Below are positions 17,536 through 26,657 of a stretch of 60,505 bases of DNA, in pieces (the first letter of the stretch is position 1; every line of letters starts with the position of its first letter). Position numbers and translations under genes: made by a program. Source of the stretch: a virus (taxonomy: Duplodnaviria > Caudoviricetes); the IMG/VR virus record IMGVR_UViG_3300010354_000095, positions 1 to 60,505 of that record. The stretch is one strand, 5' to 3'. Under the pieces are notes generated by a model. That model saw only the letters and a list, made by a program, of their open reading frames with translations, made no database searches and was not told the DNA's origin.

Positions 17536-20500
17536 ATGGCATTAGTATCCCCAGGTTTAGAAATCACAGTAACCGACGAAGCCCAATATTTACCAACTTC
17601 GCTCGGCACAATACCTTTCGTTCTAATAGCTACCTCTGAAAATAAAACAGTCAACGGAGTTGTAGCCCCAGGAACAACAAAAGCAAACGCCGGAAAAGTA
17701 TATGGAATCAGTAGCCAACGAGAATTAGTAGCTACCTTTGGTTATCCATCATTTAAGCAAAGTACTGCCGGAACACCATTATATGGTAGCGAGTTGAATG
17801 AATATGGCTTAATGGCAGCATATAGTGCTATTGGACTTGGTAATAGAGTTTGGGCTATTAGAGCCGATGTTAACTTAGACGAACTAATTGGTACAAGTGT
17901 AAGACCAACAGGTAAAGTTCCCAATGGGACATTATGGTTAGATACATCGACTACAGATTTCGGAATTTGGGTATATTCGAGATCTAATGACAGTTATACC
18001 AAAGTTAATCCTATTTTAATTACTTCATCCTCGGAACTACAGCCCGGTGTGTCGCCCCCTATTCCAAGAAACTCCATCGGACAAATTGGTTCGTATGCTG
18101 TAGTAGTACAAAATGTTAACAATCCGGTTTATTTTAAGAATAAAAATAATCAGTGGGTTGCAGTAGGATCTGAAGAGTGGGCCGATGATATTCCATCAGT
18201 AACTAGCAATACTTCCACAGCTAATTTTATTTCTGGTTCGGTATTTAAAATCAACGGAACTAACCTTGAAATTGAAACTACAATTACCGATATGTCCAAC
18301 TTGGTTACTTATTTTACTGGTTTAGCTAATGTTACGGCCCAAATTAATAGTGTTGGTAGACTCGAATTATATTCGGATATTAATTTAGTCGTTTCCGAAG
18401 GCGAGCCAATTCAGATGATTTCGGATGAAATCGTCTCGGGTAGAACTTATCAAATTGTAACGCTCGGCAATGCCAATTGGAATACACTTGCTGGTACCAC
18501 TGGTATAACTTATGCTATTGGTGATGTGTTTACCGCAGCAGCTAACGGGACCACTGGTACTACTGGATCGGTTATTTACAAAGATATCAAAACTAATCTT
18601 ACCAGTATTGGAATTAAAAATAGTGTTGTTAACGGTGCATATAAACGAGCCGATGTAATCTTCGGATCGTATGCACAGGTTCCACAGTGGTCCGAGTTTG
18701 ATAGATATCCTCATCCGAGCGGAAGTATCTGGGTTAAAACTTCTGTGCAGGGCGGAGGAGTTAATCTTACATTTAAGAGATATAACGGATTCTTGAATAG
18801 CTGGACTTCCTTGGCTATGCCAGTATATAAAGACGGGTACAATGCTTTATATGGACTAGATCCTTTAGCCGGTGGCACCAATATTGTTACAGGTAGTTCG
18901 TTCGTTAAATATAGCGAAGATAATTTAGGTTATTCGATTTATACACTGAGTTCGAGCGGACAAACTAAGGTCACCGGTACTACAATACCTGGTTTAAACG
19001 ATTTTGTAATCGGCGATGATTTCTCAATTATTGCATCAACACCAGGATCGGCTACACCTTTAACAGCTAGAGAATGTACACTGGCAGGAACCGACGCTCG
19101 TGCGTTTGTTACCGCAATTTTAGCAGCAGATATTCCTAATGTTACTGCACAGGTTGAACAGTCGGGGCAAATCAGTATTACACACAGAGCCGGTGGTATG
19201 ATTTCGTTATTGAATGGAACAAATCCTTCGGCCAGAAACCCACTTACAACTGCGGGTTTCACAACTGCTACACCGGGTGTTGAAAGTAAGATTTCTAGTT
19301 TAAGTACAATTAATCTAACAAACTGGAAACAAGAGACAGTTTATACTTATAGTAACCTTGAACCAAATACTGCACCAGCAAACGGAAGACCATGGTATTA
19401 CAATGATCCAACAGCGGTAGATATCATGATTTGTGATGCAGACGGTTGGAAAGGTTATAAAAATGTTTCGAGAGATCCAAGAGGATACAATCTAACACAG
19501 ACTAATGCTGATGGTGTAATTGTAAGCCCAACAGCGCCGACAAGACAATCTGGGATTAACGGCGGTCCATTAGTACCAGGTGATATTTGGTTAGATAGTA
19601 GCGATTTAGAAAATTACCCAGTACTTTATAGATACACCATTCAGGGTTCCTGGAGTAAGATTGATAACACAGATAAGATCAGTCAAAACGGAATTATTTT
19701 TGCTGATGCTCGTTGGGGTGGTGCAGGAAATGTTGATCCAATTACCGATCCGTTCCCAAGTACTGCTTCGTTGTTAACCAGCAATTATACTGATCTTGAT
19801 GCACCGGACTATCGTTTGTATCCAAGAGGTACTTTGTTGTTTAATACAAGACGAAGTGGTTATACAGTAAAGAAATATGTTCAGAATTATTTCAATGCTA
19901 CATCGTTTAATGTTTCAAGTGGTCAATTACCTGCAAAAACCGATGCATGGGTTACTGATTTAGGATTAAAAGCCGACGGTTCTCCAAACATGGGTCACCT
20001 TGCACAAAGAAATTTTGTTGTGCAAGCATTAAAAGCAGCAGTCGATGGAAATCTTGATATTCGTGAGGAAGGCTATAATTTCAACTTATTAGCTTGCCCA
20101 GGATATCCAGAATTGATTGTTAACTTGATTGCATTAAATAATGATCGTGCTAATACCGGATTTATCATTGGCGACTTACCAATGTCGTTACCGGCTACCA
20201 TATCTGAAATTAATGCATATGAAAGAAGTTTCTCGGCAGTCAGTGATCCTTATGTCGGTCTGTTCTATCCAAGTGCATTAACAACAGATCTAAATGGAAA
20301 TGAAATTGCTGTTCCTGCTAGCCATATGATGTTAAGAACATTTATTCGTAGTGATAATGTTAGCTATCAGTGGTTCGCTCCGGCCGGTACACGACGCGGT
20401 TTAATTGATAACGCATCTGCACTAGGATTTGTTGATAATAAGAGCGGAAACTTTATTCGTTCCGGTATCAACCAAGGACTCAGAGATACTTTATACGAAA

Positions 20501-20940
20501 GAAGAATGAATCCTGTTACATTACTTCCGGGCGCCGGAATTGTAGCTTATGGTCAAAAAACACGAGCTACAGCAGTCGGCGGTGGCGGTACTAGTATGGA
20601 TCGTATCAATGTGGCTCGTTTAGTAAATTATCTTCGTTCAATACTTAAAGGTGTAGCTAATCAATTCTTGTTTGAACCAAATGACAAGATCACTAGAGAT
20701 CAAATTAAACAAATGATCGAAAGTATGCTGAACGATCTAATAGCAAAACGAGGTATATATGATTATCTGGTAGTTTGCGATGAGACCAACAATACATCGG
20801 ATCGTATTGCACGAAACGAATTGTATGTAGATATCGCAATTGAGCCAATGAAAGCTGTAGAGTTTATCTACATTCCAATTAGGCTCAAGAATCCTGGTAC
20901 AATTGCCGGGGGCGCGGCTTCTACTACTGGAGAAGTTTAA
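17536..20940 (+). CDS. Contractile tail sheath protein (T4 gp18-like)
   Basis: N-terminal LVSPG.EI...DE; C-terminal WFAPAG.RRG, RDTLY...NP, GQKT, DRINVARL, FEPND..TR and CDETNNT..RI.RNEL..DI.IEP.K..EFIYIP. Confidence 0.95.
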   Translation: MALVSPGLEITVTDEAQYLPTSLGTIPFVLIATSENKTVNGVVAPGTTKANAGKVYGISSQRELVATFGYPSFKQSTAGTPLYGSELNEYGLMAAYSAIGLGNRVWAIRADVNLDELIGTSVRPTGKVPNGTLWLDTSTTDFGIWVYSRSNDSYTKVNPILITSSSELQPGVSPPIPRNSIGQIGSYAVVVQNVNNPVYFKNKNNQWVAVGSEEWADDIPSVTSNTSTANFISGSVFKINGTNLEIETTITDMSNLVTYFTGLANVTAQINSVGRLELYSDINLVVSEGEPIQMISDEIVSGRTYQIVTLGNANWNTLAGTTGITYAIGDVFTAAANGTTGTTGSVIYKDIKTNLTSIGIKNSVVNGAYKRADVIFGSYAQVPQWSEFDRYPHPSGSIWVKTSVQGGGVNLTFKRYNGFLNSWTSLAMPVYKDGYNALYGLDPLAGGTNIVTGSSFVKYSEDNLGYSIYTLSSSGQTKVTGTTIPGLNDFVIGDDFSIIASTPGSATPLTARECTLAGTDARAFVTAILAADIPNVTAQVEQSGQISITHRAGGMISLLNGTNPSARNPLTTAGFTTATPGVESKISSLSTINLTNWKQETVYTYSNLEPNTAPANGRPWYYNDPTAVDIMICDADGWKGYKNVSRDPRGYNLTQTNADGVIVSPTAPTRQSGINGGPLVPGDIWLDSSDLENYPVLYRYTIQGSWSKIDNTDKISQNGIIFADARWGGAGNVDPITDPFPSTASLLTSNYTDLDAPDYRLYPRGTLLFNTRRSGYTVKKYVQNYFNATSFNVSSGQLPAKTDAWVTDLGLKADGSPNMGHLAQRNFVVQALKAAVDGNLDIREEGYNFNLLACPGYPELIVNLIALNNDRANTGFIIGDLPMSLPATISEINAYERSFSAVSDPYVGLFYPSALTTDLNGNEIAVPASHMMLRTFIRSDNVSYQWFAPAGTRRGLIDNASALGFVDNKSGNFIRSGINQGLRDTLYERRMNPVTLLPGAGIVAYGQKTRATAVGGGGTSMDRINVARLVNYLRSILKGVANQFLFEPNDKITRDQIKQMIESMLNDLIAKRGIYDYLVVCDETNNTSDRIARNELYVDIAIEPMKAVEFIYIPIRLKNPGTIAGGAASTTGEV

Positions 20941-20947
20941 TAGTAGA

Positions 20948-20977
20948 AAAAACAGGCACAGAGATGTGCCTGTTTTT
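20948..20977 (+). terminator. Intrinsic (potentially bidirectional) terminator
   Basis: AAAAACAGGCACA-GAGA-TGTGCCTGTTTTT. Confidence 0.9.
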
Positions 20978-21043
20978 CTGACTAAAAATTAAAACTAATG
21001 TTAATGGTATTTTCGTGGTTATTAAAAATTGACCAAAATTTGA

Positions 21044-21049
21044 TAAATA
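21044..21049 (+). promoter_or_regulatory. Late promoter element TAAATA for the tail tube gene
   Basis: ATAAATA after the terminator, followed by an AGGAG RBS. Confidence 0.6.
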
Positions 21050-21070
21050 TTTTTAACATATTAGGAGACC

Positions 21071-21739
21071 GTGATGTCGATTTCATCATTAAATAAATTT
21101 TCACCAAGACTAGCCGGAGGTGGTGCTAGCAACCCATCTCAGGGTCTGCTAATGCCTAAATTACAATATCGTTATAGATTGTCATTCCAAAATTTTGGAA
21201 CCGGTGGTGCAGATGTTTTATCGTTGACTAAACAAGTAGTTACATTTAGTCGTCCAACTGTTAACTTTGCTGACATTGATTTACATACCTATAACAGTAT
21301 TGTTAGAATTGCCGGTAAGCATACATGGACAGATGTTACTACATCTATCAGAGATGACGCCGGTGGCAGTGTTAGTAAACTTGTTGGTCTACAATTGCAG
21401 AAACAATTTGATTTCATGGAGCAAAGTTCGGCTGCTTCTGGTATCGATTATAAATTTACACTTCGTTGTGAAATGCTTGACGGCGGTAATGGTAGTTACG
21501 AACCTTCGGTTTTAGAAACATGGGAATTATATGGTTGCTATATCAAGGAAGCTAATTATCAAGAAGTAAATTACGCAAATAGCGAAGCAGTTACAATTCA
21601 GCTCAGTATTAGATTTGATAACGCTATCCAGACCACAGACGGTGGCGAGCCAGGTGGAGTAGGATTGAATGTTGGCAGAAGATCAGAAGTTCCTGGCCAA
21701 GGTTCAGTTTCTACAGGTTCTGGTTACGCATTACTCTAA
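21071..21739 (+). CDS. Tail tube protein (T4 gp19-like)
   Basis: Follows the sheath gene; PK.QYR.R..F, AGK.TW..., W.L.GC.I....Y...NY and I.L.IRFD motifs. Confidence 0.88.
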   Translation: MMSISSLNKFSPRLAGGGASNPSQGLLMPKLQYRYRLSFQNFGTGGADVLSLTKQVVTFSRPTVNFADIDLHTYNSIVRIAGKHTWTDVTTSIRDDAGGSVSKLVGLQLQKQFDFMEQSSAASGIDYKFTLRCEMLDGGNGSYEPSVLETWELYGCYIKEANYQEVNYANSEAVTIQLSIRFDNAIQTTDGGEPGGVGLNVGRRSEVPGQGSVSTGSGYALL

Positions 21740-21756
21740 TAGTAGTCGTAATCAAC

Positions 21757-21784
21757 AAAAAAGGGCTCTTAGAGCCCTTTTTTT
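21757..21784 (+). terminator. Intrinsic terminator
   Basis: AAAAAAGGGCTC-TTA-GAGCCCTTTTTTT. Confidence 0.9.
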
Positions 21785-21801
21785 ATAAGCTAAATATTTT
21801 T

Positions 21802-23349
21802 ATGACATATAATCTCAAAGATTACGCTCACGCTAGCCGACTTTTTCTTGGCGGCAATTATCGGTTATTGCCAAAAACATCTTTTTTATTTCATGCATTT
21901 ATAGATGTTCAAGCTGGATCTTCGTCCTATGATGCAGCTAATCCCAATAGCAATAGAGAAATTGGTTTGATGGTTAAACAAGCAGATCTTCCGAGATTTA
22001 CTTCAGAAACAAAGACATTACACTCATATAATAGACCTAATATTGTTCAGACTAAAATTAAATACGATCCTGTAAATATTATCTTTCATGACGACAATTC
22101 TAATGTAGTTAGAAACTTTTGGATAAAATATTTTAAACATTATTTTAGAGACAGCGATTACTCACTTAACCAACATAATCTTCCGTATGTTTATACTAAT
22201 CAACTTTTTACAAATTTCGGATTGGATCCAAGAAGCCCGAATCATTATCTTAGATCGGTTAGGCTCTATACTTTACATCAAAAGAAATTTACCGAATATA
22301 TTTTTGTAAATCCAATAATTAAAACACTTCGATTTGGAACTCATAATAAACAATCTACCGACGAAATATTACAAACAGAAATGACCATTGAATATGAAGC
22401 AGTGCTTTACCAGGGCGGAACAGTTACTTATTCTAATCCACCTGGGTTCGCTGATTTGCATTATGATTATTCAAAAAGTCCACTACAAAAACTTCAATCT
22501 TTATTTGGTGATAATGGATTGAATGGTACTAAAAATTTACAACAGTTATATGCATCGCCAAGTTCATTAGGGGCATCACAATATAATACTACGCTAGGGT
22601 TGAGCAGTGCCAGAAGTGCACAAATTAATAATTCATCTGTCATTGACATGACAAATATTTTTAATTCAATGTTACAACAAAATTCCTCTAGTAGAGTGTT
22701 AGTTCCGAATTTAGCTGGTAGTGGTGCATTTCAACAAGGTCCATTCACTGGTATAGGAGTTAGATCAAGTACAGCATCTTTGCCCGGTGCATCAACAGTG
22801 ATTTCTACCTCGCCGCAATTAACTTCGAGAACAAAGATTTCTGAAATTTCACAATCTTCGGTTACTTCTGGATTAAAACTTAGTAATTTTATTGATACCT
22901 TTCCGCCCGATAATACTACACCAACTACAACTCAATCAACTATATCATATCCATCGGATTTAAAAATACTTAATGATGTCGAAAGTAATCCAATTACCGG
23001 GCAAGTTGAAATTAATCTCATACAAGAACGAAGAAGAATTAATAACAGAATAGAATTTTTAGAAAAAGCCATCGTAACATTGGTAGATGTTGTAAATGCT
23101 ACGAACGAACAAGTTAATATTTCAGCTACAACTTATAATACCTTAAATCAAAAATATATTGAAGCTAAAAACTTGCCCGATCAAACTACCGGTAAACAAG
23201 AATTAATTACTCAACTTGAAGGTCAAATTGATTTTCAACTTGATCTAATTAGAGATAATACAGATGTTTATAATAAAAAAATGTCAGAATTATCTGAACT
23301 AACAAACGAATTAGAAGAATTAAAAGCACGAAGAGATTCAATTCAATGA
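21802..23349 (+). CDS. Baseplate/tail-tube initiator-like protein (tube-fold N-terminus, Ser/Thr-rich linker, coiled-coil tail)
   Basis: VKQADLP.F......YNR...Q.KI.YDPV.I.FHDD and NP.I......MTIEYE, a gp54/gp19-like pattern. Confidence 0.65.
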   Translation: MTYNLKDYAHASRLFLGGNYRLLPKTSFLFHAFIDVQAGSSSYDAANPNSNREIGLMVKQADLPRFTSETKTLHSYNRPNIVQTKIKYDPVNIIFHDDNSNVVRNFWIKYFKHYFRDSDYSLNQHNLPYVYTNQLFTNFGLDPRSPNHYLRSVRLYTLHQKKFTEYIFVNPIIKTLRFGTHNKQSTDEILQTEMTIEYEAVLYQGGTVTYSNPPGFADLHYDYSKSPLQKLQSLFGDNGLNGTKNLQQLYASPSSLGASQYNTTLGLSSARSAQINNSSVIDMTNIFNSMLQQNSSSRVLVPNLAGSGAFQQGPFTGIGVRSSTASLPGASTVISTSPQLTSRTKISEISQSSVTSGLKLSNFIDTFPPDNTTPTTTQSTISYPSDLKILNDVESNPITGQVEINLIQERRRINNRIEFLEKAIVTLVDVVNATNEQVNISATTYNTLNQKYIEAKNLPDQTTGKQELITQLEGQIDFQLDLIRDNTDVYNKKMSELSELTNELEELKARRDSIQ

Positions 23350-23720
23350 GCAACGAAAACAATTTAACTACAGTCGATGTTTCTTATAATGAAGGGGATA
23401 CATTAAAGTTTTTTAATAATTACTTTCTCCCTTCATTTACTGTATCACAAAATATCGATGATGCAGTTTTAAGTTATTTTGAAAAAATTACCGGCAATAC
23501 TCAGTCTGCCAAGATCTTAGCTAGTTCTGTAATTTATACATGTTTAGTAAGAAATTTAAACACAATGGAAACTTTAGAAAAATTCATTAATACACCAATT
23601 GATGAATTAAATTCTTATTTAACAATGTTTTTAAATTTAAATCGTATCGGTACTAGTTTTCTTGGAATAAACAATATTCCTAAAGTTAGCAAATATGTCA
23701 AAAGAACTTTGTTGCCATGA
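23346..23720 (+). CDS. Hypothetical protein (morphogenesis operon)
   Basis: Coupled to both neighbours by ATGA overlaps. Confidence 0.7.
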   Translation: MSNENNLTTVDVSYNEGDTLKFFNNYFLPSFTVSQNIDDAVLSYFEKITGNTQSAKILASSVIYTCLVRNLNTMETLEKFINTPIDELNSYLTMFLNLNRIGTSFLGINNIPKVSKYVKRTLLP

Positions 23721-24151
23721 GTAAGTATGCACAGGGCAAATATCAAATAAAAAATCCGGACAAATATGTCGGTCGAAAACAACCGACATTTCGAAGTAGT
23801 TGGGAATTTACTTTTTGTTCTTTTTGTGATAACAATCCAGCAATACTACAATGGGCTAGCGAACCATTTATGATCCCTTATAGAAACCCGTTGACAGGAA
23901 AAAATACCATTTATGTTCCCGATTTCATGATGATCTATATTGATAAAAATGAGCAAAAACATGCCGAAGTTGTTGAGATTAAGCCTCTTAAAGAAACTAC
24001 TATGGAATCGGCTCGTTCCGTTAGAGACAAAGCTGCGGTAGCATTGAACATTGCCAAATGGACCGCAGCTAAAGCCTTTTGTCAATCGCATGGTTTCAAA
24101 TTCCGAATAGTAACCGAACACGATATCTATCAAGGAACGAAACGACGGTAA
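23717..24151 (+). CDS. Head completion nuclease, T4 gp4-like (TnsA-type PD-(D/E)XK)
   Basis: KNPDKYVG, RSSWE, W.SE...IPY, YVPDF, EIKP, N.AKW.AA..FC and F..VTE. Confidence 0.92.
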   Translation: MSKYAQGKYQIKNPDKYVGRKQPTFRSSWEFTFCSFCDNNPAILQWASEPFMIPYRNPLTGKNTIYVPDFMMIYIDKNEQKHAEVVEIKPLKETTMESARSVRDKAAVALNIAKWTAAKAFCQSHGFKFRIVTEHDIYQGTKRR

Positions 24152-24159
24152 ATATTCTT

Positions 24160-24660
24160 ATGACTAAAAAATTAGAAAATCTATTTAATTTACCTGAAAC
24201 CGATTTTGAAAATATAAATCCGGAAGAAGTTAAAGATACTATCGAGGAAAATCAGCGAATTTTAGAAAATGCTAATGATATTATCGATAGAATCGATCAG
24301 GCATTACCGCAAGTTAGCGATTTAGATTCTGCAGATACCGAATTAGATGATCTTAGTAATTTAGCTAAAGAAAAATTTCAAGATCTGATGGATTTAGGTA
24401 TGAATGTGGAAGCCCGATTTAGTGGAACTATATTACAAACAGCTGGGGTATTATTGGGTCATGCAATAACAGCTAAACAGGCTAAAATAGATAAAAAACT
24501 AAGAATGGTCGATTTACAACTAAAAAAGATGCGATTGGATCAAGCCGCCAACAAAGATCCATCTACTAATGCCTTAGAAGGACAAGCTACTATCATTGAT
24601 AGAAACGAGTTGCTATCTCGTGTCCTGCAACAAACCAAAGGCGAAAAGTCTGCCAAATAA
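24160..24660 (+). CDS. Probable terminase small subunit (T4 gp16-like)
   Basis: Helical acidic protein starting MTKKLENLFNL (ATG 24160, after TAAATA at 24149); two long helices, ends DRNELL; lies upstream of the large terminase. Confidence 0.55.
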   Translation: MTKKLENLFNLPETDFENINPEEVKDTIEENQRILENANDIIDRIDQALPQVSDLDSADTELDDLSNLAKEKFQDLMDLGMNVEARFSGTILQTAGVLLGHAITAKQAKIDKKLRMVDLQLKKMRLDQAANKDPSTNALEGQATIIDRNELLSRVLQQTKGEKSAK

Positions 24661-24668
24661 TATAAATA
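24661..24668 (+). promoter_or_regulatory. T4-type late promoter TATAAATA
   Basis: Exact consensus, followed by AGGA RBS and ATG 24688. Confidence 0.75.
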
Positions 24669-24687
24669 TACTATAATAGGATTCCGT

Positions 24688-25266
24688 ATGAAACCTTTTT
24701 CACAATATTTGCAAGAAATGAATCATGTCTACGAATTCGTAGTCAAGTTAGCTAACTGTGACTACAATTCCGAAACAGAAGGAAAATTAAAATCTGCACT
24801 GGAAATTTATGTTGTTGAATCAGTAAAAAAATCTAAAAGTTTGCCTATTCAAGAACACAGTGATTTTCCGGGACAGGGTCCCTGCGAATGCTGCATACTT
24901 GAATTATCTGTAAAGTATCCAGTGGTGAGCGATCAATTAGCTCAATTAATTTCCGAAAAGATCGGTATTTCTCGAAAACAAGTTTTAGTTCGTACAAAAG
25001 GACAAGAAGAAATTCTTAATTCATTTTATGAACCTAAAAAAGCTAAAGATGGATCGGTGTTAAATAATCCAGAATTAGAAGCTCAATCTGCACAAGAACT
25101 TGTAGGCCAAAGTCGTGCCGGAAGTCTATTAAAAGAATTAGAGACTCGAAAATACGAATTAGCTGCCAAAGAAGAAACAGCTAAAGATGTTGTTATGCCA
25201 CAGGGAACTACTAGCCCAGTAGGCTCGCACCAAAACCAAATACCAAGCCCAGTTAAAGGAAAATAA
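24688..25266 (+). CDS. Hypothetical protein, probable internal head protein
   Basis: Late promoter; N-terminus MKPFSQYLQE resembles the T4 capsid-targeting sequence. Confidence 0.65.
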   Translation: MKPFSQYLQEMNHVYEFVVKLANCDYNSETEGKLKSALEIYVVESVKKSKSLPIQEHSDFPGQGPCECCILELSVKYPVVSDQLAQLISEKIGISRKQVLVRTKGQEEILNSFYEPKKAKDGSVLNNPELEAQSAQELVGQSRAGSLLKELETRKYELAAKEETAKDVVMPQGTTSPVGSHQNQIPSPVKGK

Positions 25267-25267
25267 A

Positions 25268-26185
25268 ATGGATTTTAAGGCAATTTTAACTAAACTAGAT
25301 AGTATCGGTTCTAAACAAAATCTCAACGAAGGTTGGGAAGATATGCTAAAGGCTGCTAAGGAAAAATCAGGTCCGCAGCCTAGCGGCGGCGGTGGTGTCA
25401 AAAAAGGACATGCCTACGGTGGGTCTAAACAAAAAGACGAGCCAGAAAAAGAAGAACCAGAATCAAAGAAAGCAAAAAAGAAAGTTAAAGAGGCCGATGA
25501 AAAAATCGAAGAAGATGATGTTGAGGAGGGCAACGAGTTCAGCGGCGAACTAGCCAAAGCCAAAGCTGCTGGTAAGAAAGAATTTGAAGTTGACGGCAAA
25601 ACCTATCCAGTCAAAGGTAAAATGAACGAGGCCGAAGACAAAGATAAAGACGACGAAGATAAAGACGACGAAGATAAAGACGATAAAGACGAAGATAAGG
25701 ACGACGATAAAGACGAAGATAAAAAAGAGAAAGTCGACGAGTCCTTGCAAGAATGCTATGATCAAGCAATGGGGCAAATGAAGGAACAAGAGTCTGGTAT
25801 CAATGTCAGTGTCAATATGGATACAAGAAGTAATAGTCAAAGTTTAACTGTTAGTGCACAAGGAAAAGCAGCCGACGAACTTGCACAAATATTAAAATTA
25901 TCTGGACTACTAGGAGACGGAGTATATTCTCGTTCAAGCGAAGTTTCGATGGAAGAAGGCAATTATGCAAATGAACCTGCTGTGCAAGTTCAAGGTATTG
26001 AAACTCAAATGAGCCAGGGCAACGATTTAAATCGCCCTAAGGGAACTTATCCTAAGGTAGCAGGCGGCGATAATCCAATGCAACGAGCTATTGCTGCAAT
26101 GGAATCCAAAGCCGCTGCCGACCTTAATGCATTAGAAAAACAGCTTACTGAACAACTGAGATCTTTAAAAATTAATAAAAAATGA
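25268..26185 (+). CDS. Highly charged, probably disordered head/scaffold-associated protein
   Basis: K/E/D-rich; several (L/I/V/M)xE sites (LNE, VKE, IEE, VEE, MNE, VDE) that could be prohead-protease sites. Confidence 0.65.
   Translation: MDFKAILTKLDSIGSKQNLNEGWEDMLKAAKEKSGPQPSGGGGVKKGHAYGGSKQKDEPEKEEPESKKAKKKVKEADEKIEEDDVEEGNEFSGELAKAKAAGKKEFEVDGKTYPVKGKMNEAEDKDKDDEDKDDEDKDDKDEDKDDDKDEDKKEKVDESLQECYDQAMGQMKEQESGINVSVNMDTRSNSQSLTVSAQGKAADELAQILKLSGLLGDGVYSRSSEVSMEEGNYANEPAVQVQGIETQMSQGNDLNRPKGTYPKVAGGDNPMQRAIAAMESKAAADLNALEKQLTEQLRSLKINKK
25633..25740 (+). repeat. Low-complexity Asp/Glu/Lys coding repeat
   Basis: EDKDKDDEDKDDEDKDDKDEDKDDDKDEDK, from repeated gacgaagataaa units. Confidence 0.85.
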
Positions 26186-26415
26186 AAACTTTCTTAGACT
26201 ACTTGGCCGAAGCAGAACAAAAAATCGGCCAAGTAGTTGAAAATTCAAATTTGCCGGCCGCCGTAGATAGTATTAGTCCTATACACGGCGGTTCAAATTT
26301 TAAAGACTCGGAAAAATTACAAAGAAGAAAAAAAATAAGAAATGAAACAGTACCGAATAAGAACGGAGAATTTTCGCCACTCGGTGGAACCACATATTCC
26401 CGACGCCCATCTTGA
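26182..26415 (+). CDS. Small probable internal head protein
   Basis: N-terminus MKTFLDYLAE is close to T4 IPII/IPIII MKTYQEFIAE. Confidence 0.6.
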   Translation: MKTFLDYLAEAEQKIGQVVENSNLPAAVDSISPIHGGSNFKDSEKLQRRKKIRNETVPNKNGEFSPLGGTTYSRRPS

Positions 26416-26632
26416 TTCTGCAGACTTGGCTGAAATTCAAAAACTTGCAGGAATCAGAAATGAACCTTCATTGACTTCAAAAAAATTCGAGGAAGGTATT
26501 AACATAAGTGTTAGTGCCAACGAAAAAGCGAAGTTGATGAAAAAAAATAATATTAAACCCGGTACTCCTGAATGGTTTCAGCTTTGGTTTAGTTTACCAT
26601 ATTTGACAGGCGAAAAACCCACAGACAAATAG
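26342..26632 (+). CDS. Conserved phage hypothetical protein
   Basis: C-terminal IKPGTPEWFQLWFSLPYLTGE motif, recalled from T4-like phages; GGAG-like context; overlaps the upstream ORF. Confidence 0.7.
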   Translation: MKQYRIRTENFRHSVEPHIPDAHLDSADLAEIQKLAGIRNEPSLTSKKFEEGINISVSANEKAKLMKKNNIKPGTPEWFQLWFSLPYLTGEKPTDK

Positions 26633-26657
26633 ATAATGTACCATAAGTACATATACT

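Noticed and set aside
21029-21059. Sigma70 promoter before the tail tube gene (TTGACC...TAACAT)
   Set aside because: The spacer is 19 bp; the embedded TAAATA late element explains the region better.
24079-24159. N-terminal extension of the putative small terminase given by the ORF track
   Set aside because: It overlaps gp4 by more than 70 nt from a TTG. The ATG at 24160, just after the gp4 stop and TAAATA, is more plausible.
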